Assembly: GCF_051201565.1 (NCBI RefSeq)
Contig: NZ_CP179200.1
Coordinates: 60,001 to 92,000, forward strand
Direction of reading: 5' to 3'
Source of the DNA: Pseudothioglobus sp. nBUS_23
Lineage (GTDB): Bacteria; Pseudomonadota; Gammaproteobacteria; PS1; Pseudothioglobaceae
DNA: 32,000 bases
Shown here one piece after another: positions 17,206 through 23,081 of this stretch. The number at the start of each line of letters is the position of its first letter. The stretch's first letter is position 1. Made by a program: the position numbers and the translations under genes. Below the pieces are notes generated by a model. That model had not been told where the DNA came from. It was given only the letters and a program-made list of their open reading frames with translations, and made no database searches.

Positions 17206-18440
17206 TTGATGTGACTCCATAGTTCTGCCTCGATCAAATTCATAGGTTCCCTGAGGTCTTCTAATTGAATGATTATGTAGCGCCCTGTAATGTCTTTTGG
17301 GTCTTTGTGATTGATGAGTTTCTTTAGGTTGTATGTTGAGAAAACAACTCTACTTGCTGTAGTTTCAAAAGTCCTTCTAAGGTCGTGTAAGTTGAAATAA
17401 CAACCCGCTAAATCTCTTGCTCTAGCCATTTGTCTTTTTTGTGGCGGTGACAAATGAGTGTTTGGTTTCTGACCTTGGAATACATATGGATTGTCAGAGC
17501 CATCTTTACGCCTATCGAGTATCTCTAATAAAGTTTTAGTCAATGGAAGGGCGTGTGTTTCGTGGTTCTTGGTATCTTCAATAACAAAAGAATTGTCTCT
17601 AAAGTCTATGTCTTCCCACTTGAGTTCTAATGCTTCATTTCTTCTTAATCCTGTAAACAAAATAAAGATAAACAAGTCTCTAACAACCTCGGCACTATTC
17701 TTCTTAACTGAGTTCTTCTCATGCTCAGGTAGTGACATAATTCCTTCATACCATTGCTTTAATTCGTAGTTATTAACTAGGCCTTGTCTAACCTTTTCTC
17801 TATTCCAAGACTTGTTATGAGAGATTCTTTGAACAGGATTGTGAATAAAGAGGGGTTCTCCTTTGCTATCTTCATATTGACCATGAGCATAATTAAACAA
17901 AGCCCTTAGAACTCTCATTGTAGTGTTTGCTCTTGTTGGTGATTCTTTGAACTTACCAAGTCCATAGGTGATGTCTCTATGTCTTTGCTCCACCATGTTG
18001 CGTGTAATATCTGCTATCGGTTTATGTTTCCAATCACCTAGATATATATTTAGAGCAGACCTATAGTTTTCAACTGTACTTTCCTCTATCTTAGTTCCTC
18101 GGCTTCTAATGTAATCATTGAAGACTTGTTGAAGGGTAATGCTTTGCTTAGAAACTAAATCACCTTTAACTTTATTTGGGTCAATGCCTTTATCGATATT
18201 AGAGAATGTTCCCTGTGCTTGTGTCCTAGCCTGTGGAATTGTCATTGAAGGATAGTAGCCTAGAGTGACATAAGAAGCGTTTTTCTTTCCCTTTAGTCTT
18301 TTGCGAACTATAAAAGCCTTAACCCCTAGATGGGTGACTCTTAACGATAAGCCTTTAACTTGTGTGTCACCGTAAGCAACTTGCCCATTGCTAGGTATTT
18401 CAATGTTGTCTAGTGCTTTGCGTGTAAAGTTAATCTTCAT
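17202..18440 (-). CDS. int: Tyrosine site-specific integrase, P4-type (N-terminal DUF4102 arm-binding domain)
   Basis: The start is moved to MKINFTRKALDNIEIPSNGQVAYGDTQVKGLSLRVTHLGVKAFIVRKR, the DUF4102 pattern. The C-terminal catalytic region has TGLRRNEALELKWEDID, HALPL and HDLRRTF. It is adjacent to the partial tRNA copy. Confidence 0.92.
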   Translation of the reverse strand: MKINFTRKALDNIEIPSNGQVAYGDTQVKGLSLRVTHLGVKAFIVRKRLKGKKNASYVTLGYYPSMTIPQARTQAQGTFSNIDKGIDPNKVKGDLVSKQSITLQQVFNDYIRSRGTKIEESTVENYRSALNIYLGDWKHKPIADITRNMVEQRHRDITYGLGKFKESPTRANTTMRVLRALFNYAHGQYEDSKGEPLFIHNPVQRISHNKSWNREKVRQGLVNNYELKQWYEGIMSLPEHEKNSVKKNSAEVVRDLFIFILFTGLRRNEALELKWEDIDFRDNSFVIEDTKNHETHALPLTKTLLEILDRRKDGSDNPYVFQGQKPNTHLSPPQKRQMARARDLAGCYFNLHDLRRTFETTASRVVFSTYNLKKLINHKDPKDITGRYIIIQLEDLREPMNLIEAELWSHIK

Positions 18441-18450
18441 GATACTAACT

Positions 18451-18471
18451 CCAGTACACATCCAGTACACA
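18451..18471 (+). promoter_or_regulatory. Tandem CCAGTACACA / TCCAGTACACA repeat 11-31 nt upstream of the int start (candidate arm-type / autoregulatory site)
   Basis: It matches 8825-8845 in the opposite arm. Two further direct repeats GGATGTNTATGGA lie at 18502-18514 and 18546-18558. Confidence 0.4.
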
Positions 18472-18603
18472 GATGTGGGTTATATTGAGTTATACTAAAA
18501 TGGATGTCTATGGAAGTGTTCATCTCTTTAAACCTATGTATAATAGGATGTTTATGGACATACCAGTATTATATAGGAAATAAAGGATAATAAAGTAAAT
18601 TAA

Positions 18604-18649
18604 ATTCATAATGCTGGGGTCGGTGGTTCAAGTCCACCCATAACCACCA
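18604..18649 (+). repeat. attR core: displaced copy of the tRNA-Met 3' half
   Basis: 46/46 identity with 8733-8778. There is no 5' half of a tRNA upstream. Confidence 0.85.
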
Positions 18650-18861
18650 TATCCCATAAGGCTTTAAGCGATTTCACTTAAATCTAAATATTAGACTGGT
18701 ACTCAACTGGTACTCAAAGAAACGATTTTCGATACCTTTTCTACACCTCGCTTAAGTCCAAATAATTAGATAAATAATAATAGTTAAATAACTAGAGACT
18801 AGTAACCGTTGGTTTGAGGTGTATATAACCGATGGTTTAGATAAATACTATGAAAAAAGTA

Positions 18862-18984
18862 CCATCCCTCGCATATATATACTGACTTTGAAGGTACGGG
18901 GGGAGCCCCTCTCGACATCGGAGATAGATATATACACCCTCCCTCACACATCAAACGAAATTTGGACTCTTTTTGAGCTATAAT
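18862..18984 (+). repeat. Intergenic cassette copy 3, ending in TATAAT (18979-18984), upstream of gene A
   Basis: It is part of the 234-bp block 18735-18968, which is near-identical to 8864-9098. Confidence 0.9.
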
Positions 18985-19017
18985 TTAGCCTTTCTAAATT
19001 TCTATTCACACCCCCTA

Positions 19018-20922
19018 ATGAAGAAAATTTTATTTATTTTTGTGCTGTCTTTGTATTCAATTCAAGGATTTGCATCATCATGCCCTGATGGCAGTGAGCC
19101 AATCAAGAGTGTTTCTGATGATGGAAGTTATTATGTTTTTAACTGTGTAAATAATAACGTTCTCTCAGGCAAACCCTACACGAATTTATCTGAAAACGAT
19201 GGTCCTTGGTCAGGTCCTATGATTGAGATAACGGAGAATACATTAATTAATGGTCCAACTCCAGGCAGGTATTCACCATTTTTGAAAGATACTGGTCGTC
19301 AACGAGGTGGACCCCAACATTGGACTGGAGATTTCAATAATGATGGCTACGTTGATTTCATTTATGGTGGAGCCGTTGATGATGCGAAATATAATTTAAT
19401 ATACTCAAACAGAAAAGGAATCAACAATGCTACAGACATCGATGATAATGACCCAGTAGGGCAATTCTATTCGTGTGGCAAGAAGGCTTGTATTACTCCA
19501 AATATGATGCCTGAATTGTTTCTTGGGCATGCTGATGGAATTTGGAAAAGAAGTTCTTATCTTCTTATCGATAAGCGCAAAGATGCAGGCATACGTGGTG
19601 GCAAGCCCGCTGTTGCTGACTTTAATGGTGACGGTATCCAAGACTTCTGGTTTTATGATGATAAAGCAGACGAGAGCGGCCACGCATCTTCTAACAAAGT
19701 TCGTTGGAGAGGCTTTCGTGACAGTTACTACTTGTCTCAATCTAATGGTACCTGGTTAGAAAGTTCTGATACACATCTAAACAAAGTCATTAATGATTTT
19801 GGCCATGGCGGTCAAGCAGGGGATATCAATGGTGACGGTTGGATAGATATGTTATCTACAACAGGTGGTAAACATGTCGATTGTTGGATAAATATTGGCG
19901 GCGGTGTAATGAAATACCGCAAATGTATCGATGGTGCGGGGGCATATATTGTTGAACTTGCTGATTTCGACGGCGATGGTGATTTAGACATGTACACTCA
20001 GCAACAAGAAAACGCAAGTCAACCTGGACACCCAAAGATATCCTGTAACGATGGTAATGGTTGGTTCCGTGTATGTAAAGATATGTCAGTATTCACTGAT
20101 GGAGATTACGATTGGGTTGGCTCAGTCGGTGCACGTTCATGGGACTTTGACAATGATGGTGACCAAGATATCATACTTATGCGTTTTAGAAACTTGTATG
20201 TTGGGGTTGCAATGGAGATTAAAGAAAATCTCGGTAATATGAACTTCAAGTCAGATTTGACTATTCTTTGGGACCCTATGACAAAAGAAGAGCATGCTGA
20301 GTTAAAAACTGAGATTAATTGGGCAAATAAGTACTTTACATTGAAACTACATGATGTAAATGATGATGGCTTAATGGATGTTATATTTTATGATGGCAAA
20401 TCTGGCAAGTATGACAATGCAATCTGGTTAAACAAAGGAAATCTCAAGTTTGAACTGATTAACAAGAACCAGCCAGACAATCCTATGGTACAGATCAAAA
20501 CTCAACAGACAAACTATAAAGAAACTGCAGGTGAAGAAATAAAACAATTAATTGAAAATTATAATGGTGAAGTGGTTAGAGTTGGTGAAGTGGCTAATGA
20601 AGAACAACCAAAAGAATTATCTTTTCTTGAATCACAAATCAAATTATTAACCGACCAAAGAAGATTACAGGTCTGTAGCGCCGTCTTTAGTGAGTTGTTT
20701 GGAGGTGAATACTACAAAAGAACAAATAAGGACACTTACTTTTTTGTCTCTCTTGATAGTAATGGTAAGGATTGTCATTATGAGTGGTCTACTAATGAGA
20801 TGACAGCATTCGAACAATGCGAAGAGAATACAAAGGCTATTGGAAAATGTACTATCTATGCCATTGGCGATACTGCTGTTTGGGGGAATCCCAAACTGTA
20901 TGAAAATTTAAGAAGTCAATAA
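19018..20922 (+). CDS. Secreted FG-GAP/VCBS-type beta-propeller protein with N-terminal Cys-loop tag and C-terminal four-Cys module (array gene A)
   Basis: The start is moved to MKKILFIFVLSLYSIQGFASSCPDGSEPIKSVSDDGSYYVFNC. Repeated Ca-binding-like blades: DFNNDGYVDF, DFNGDGIQDF, DINGDGWIDM, DFDGDGDLDM, DFDNDGDQDI, DVNDDGLMDV. The shared C-terminal module is at about 20632-20919. Confidence 0.75.
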   Translation: MKKILFIFVLSLYSIQGFASSCPDGSEPIKSVSDDGSYYVFNCVNNNVLSGKPYTNLSENDGPWSGPMIEITENTLINGPTPGRYSPFLKDTGRQRGGPQHWTGDFNNDGYVDFIYGGAVDDAKYNLIYSNRKGINNATDIDDNDPVGQFYSCGKKACITPNMMPELFLGHADGIWKRSSYLLIDKRKDAGIRGGKPAVADFNGDGIQDFWFYDDKADESGHASSNKVRWRGFRDSYYLSQSNGTWLESSDTHLNKVINDFGHGGQAGDINGDGWIDMLSTTGGKHVDCWINIGGGVMKYRKCIDGAGAYIVELADFDGDGDLDMYTQQQENASQPGHPKISCNDGNGWFRVCKDMSVFTDGDYDWVGSVGARSWDFDNDGDQDIILMRFRNLYVGVAMEIKENLGNMNFKSDLTILWDPMTKEEHAELKTEINWANKYFTLKLHDVNDDGLMDVIFYDGKSGKYDNAIWLNKGNLKFELINKNQPDNPMVQIKTQQTNYKETAGEEIKQLIENYNGEVVRVGEVANEEQPKELSFLESQIKLLTDQRRLQVCSAVFSELFGGEYYKRTNKDTYFFVSLDSNGKDCHYEWSTNEMTAFEQCEENTKAIGKCTIYAIGDTAVWGNPKLYENLRSQ

Positions 20923-20924
20923 TT

Positions 20925-21046
20925 ATTCCTTCGCATATATATACTGACTTTGAGGCACGGGGGGAGCCCCTCTCGACATCGGAGATAGATATATACACCC
21001 TCACTCACACATCAAACGAAATTTGGACTTTAGTCCAAGTTGACAT
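20925..21046 (+). repeat. Intergenic cassette copy 4 (TTGGACTTTAGTCCAA-GTTGACA subtype)
   Basis: attccttcgcatatatatactgactttgaggcacGGGGGGagcccctctcgacatcggagatagatatatacaccctcactcacacatcaaacgaaatttggactttagtccaagttgaca. Confidence 0.9.
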
Positions 21047-21112
21047 ATATCTAATTATTTAAATTTAGCTATGGTATTCTAAATCTAATCCCATTTAAAC
21101 CTTAATACTTCT

Positions 21113-22948
21113 ATGAAGAACCTACTTCTGATTTTAGTTTTATCACTTTTCTCAATTCAGAGTTTTGCGGGCTCGTGTCCTGATGGCAGTGAACCAGTCA
21201 AGAGTATTTCTGCGGATGGCACTTATTTTGTTTTCAATTGTGGCGATGGAAATGATAATGCTAATAAAAAAACAGCTAATCAAATTAATGAAAATATAAT
21301 TTCACCAATATCGCAAGGCACTTATACCCACAACAACAAGTATCACTCTGAACCTCCATTTTATTTTGCTTATGCTAAATTACTTGATACAAGAATGCGA
21401 ATAGCAAAAATTCAAGGAAAAGGTGAGGCTTTTCAAATAAGTAAACTTGATGGAATTCCTGAATTAAATGAATTGTTTAAAAAGAACAAAGTTTCAGAGT
21501 TTCCAAATAAAAAAAGGTGGACCGCAGAGCTTTATGGGGATTTTATGGCAATTGATGAAAAGGTAAAGTGGATTGCTCAAATAAATCCATCAGCTTTGGT
21601 TGAAGATTTCATCAGTATAGATTTAGATAATGATGGCGATAAAGATTGGCTTGTTTTCTTGTTTGGTTTCACACAAGCCATAAAAGATTCTTCAAGTGGG
21701 ATTTATAAAAACTGTGGCAGAGAGGGCTGTGTAAGTGGAGACGTGGTATTCCCAGTTGTTGCTTTTCTGACTGATGAAAATGGCAAGGCTCAAGGACCAA
21801 AAGATGCGGGTCAATTTTTTGTAAGTGGAAACGCTCCATATGTAAAAAATGCTCGCATGATACGTATTGCCGATTTTAATGGTGACAGTATTGATGATTT
21901 TGTTATTGCAGATGGTGGTTGGGATAACCGCGGTTATAGCTATAGACCGTCTTATCAAAGTCATCTATTTATGAGCACAGGCGACAAATTTAAGCATGTC
22001 GAATTTGGCATATTAGATAAAGCCCATGGAATAACTGCTGGTGATATAGATAATGACGGTGACCAGGACTTTATCATTTCCTATGTCGATAGGTCAGTCA
22101 TTCATATTAATGATGGAAAAGGTAATTTTAAAAATCAAGGCATGATTCAGATGGGATATCACACAAATTATCTTGAGCTTATAGACTTTGACTCCGATGG
22201 TTATCTAGATTTATTTATTGGGACAAATGGTTGTAAAAATGCTTCAAGTGTTCTCAGAAATAATGGAAGAGGCTCATTCTCACCATGGGATCAAATTAAA
22301 ATTCCTATAAAAGCTAGTAAGTCATCACAGGATTGTCAGTCTCGTACATGGAGTGGTGACTTTGGGATGGTTCATCATATTGTTGAGTATGATGATAAAT
22401 TTCTACTACTTACAAGTAATAACCATGTGGGCTGGGGCTTTACAACGCTTCAAAAGAATGGCAAGAATGTGAAAATAATGAATTCAGGCAAGTTTAAAAA
22501 AGAAAATGTTTCCGATGGAACTTTTCCTTATAAGTTGATGGTAAATAAAGACCAGGTTGTTATTTTTGATTTTAATTTCCATCCTTATTATTTTGAATTT
22601 AATCATGAGACTGGAGAACTTATTCAGCAGCTAAAAGAATCATCTTTTCATAAATCACAAATCGAATTATTAACTAATCAAAAAAAATTACAAGTCTGTG
22701 ATGCGGTCTTTAGTGAGTTTTTTGGAGGTGAATACAACAAAAGAACAAACAAAGATACTTACTTTTTTGTCTCTCTTGATAGTAATGGTAAGGATTGTCA
22801 TTATGAATGGTCTACCAATGAGATGACAGCATTCCAACAATGCGAAGAGAATACAAAGTCTAATGGAAAATGCACTATCTATGCCATTGGCGATACTTCT
22901 GTTTGGGGAAATCCCAATCTTTATAAGGAATTAACTGGAACAAAATAA
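21113..22948 (+). CDS. Secreted FG-GAP-repeat protein with the same N-tag and C-terminal four-Cys module (array gene B)
   Basis: MKNLLLILVLSLFSIQSFAGSCPDGSEPVKSISADGTYFVFNC. Blades: DLDNDGDKDW, DFNGDSIDDF, DIDNDGDQDF, DFDSDGYLDL. The C-terminal ~95 aa are near-identical to gene A, even at nucleotide level. Confidence 0.75.
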   Translation: MKNLLLILVLSLFSIQSFAGSCPDGSEPVKSISADGTYFVFNCGDGNDNANKKTANQINENIISPISQGTYTHNNKYHSEPPFYFAYAKLLDTRMRIAKIQGKGEAFQISKLDGIPELNELFKKNKVSEFPNKKRWTAELYGDFMAIDEKVKWIAQINPSALVEDFISIDLDNDGDKDWLVFLFGFTQAIKDSSSGIYKNCGREGCVSGDVVFPVVAFLTDENGKAQGPKDAGQFFVSGNAPYVKNARMIRIADFNGDSIDDFVIADGGWDNRGYSYRPSYQSHLFMSTGDKFKHVEFGILDKAHGITAGDIDNDGDQDFIISYVDRSVIHINDGKGNFKNQGMIQMGYHTNYLELIDFDSDGYLDLFIGTNGCKNASSVLRNNGRGSFSPWDQIKIPIKASKSSQDCQSRTWSGDFGMVHHIVEYDDKFLLLTSNNHVGWGFTTLQKNGKNVKIMNSGKFKKENVSDGTFPYKLMVNKDQVVIFDFNFHPYYFEFNHETGELIQQLKESSFHKSQIELLTNQKKLQVCDAVFSEFFGGEYNKRTNKDTYFFVSLDSNGKDCHYEWSTNEMTAFQQCEENTKSNGKCTIYAIGDTSVWGNPNLYKELTGTK

Positions 22949-22951
22949 AGA

Positions 22952-23075
22952 CCATCCTTGGCATATTTATTTAGACTTTGAAGGTACGGGGGGAGCCCCT
23001 CTTGACATCGTGGATAGATATATACACCTTCCCTCACACATCAAACGAAATTTGGATTTCTATTTGAACTATAAT
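22952..23075 (+). repeat. Intergenic cassette copy 5, ending in TATAAT (23070-23075) 6 nt before the gene C ATG
   Basis: ccatccttggcatatttatttagactttgaaggtacGGGGGGagcccctcttgacatcgtggatagatatatacaccttccctcacacatcaaacgaaatttggatttctatttgaacTATAAT. Confidence 0.9.
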
Positions 23076-23081
23076 TCAATT

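Larger units (their letters stand above)
8779..18649. mobile_element. tRNA-Met-integrated genomic island / P4-like integrative element (~9.9 kb)
   Basis: Bounded by the 46-nt tRNA direct repeat. It carries a P4-type (DUF4102 arm-domain) tyrosine integrase next to the distal repeat, AlpA, an excisionase-type HTH, a Toprim primase and an iteron-rich non-coding region. Confidence 0.7.

Noticed and set aside
18885-18925. The GC hairpin in the cassette as a canonical rho-independent terminator
   Set aside because: The stem is only about 4 bp (GGGG/CCCC) with a G-rich loop, and no U-run follows it. It may still be structural within the larger AT-arm fold, so it is described but not called a terminator.
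18973-19017. N-terminal extensions of ORF-track calls that read through the cassette (18973, 23010, 11834, 27371, 13067)
   Set aside because: The extensions translate the conserved non-coding repeat, and several begin at TTG. Each ORF contains an in-frame ATG that starts a canonical signal peptide, or for 11960 the CoiA-like N-terminus.
20925-21046. The ORF-repeat-ORF-repeat layout resembles an integron cassette array with attC (VCR-like) sites
   Set aside because: I found no RYYYAAC / GTTRRRY core sites at the repeat ends. The only recombinase is a P4-type integrase, not an IntI. The genes are ~2 kb, far larger than typical cassettes. The repeats end in promoter-like TATAAT boxes, so the genes are not promoterless.
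20632-22945. The near-identical C-terminal modules of genes A and B might be a diversity-generating retroelement VR/TR pair
   Set aside because: The differences between the copies are not confined to adenine positions. No reverse transcriptase gene is present, and both copies are in-frame coding ends of full genes.
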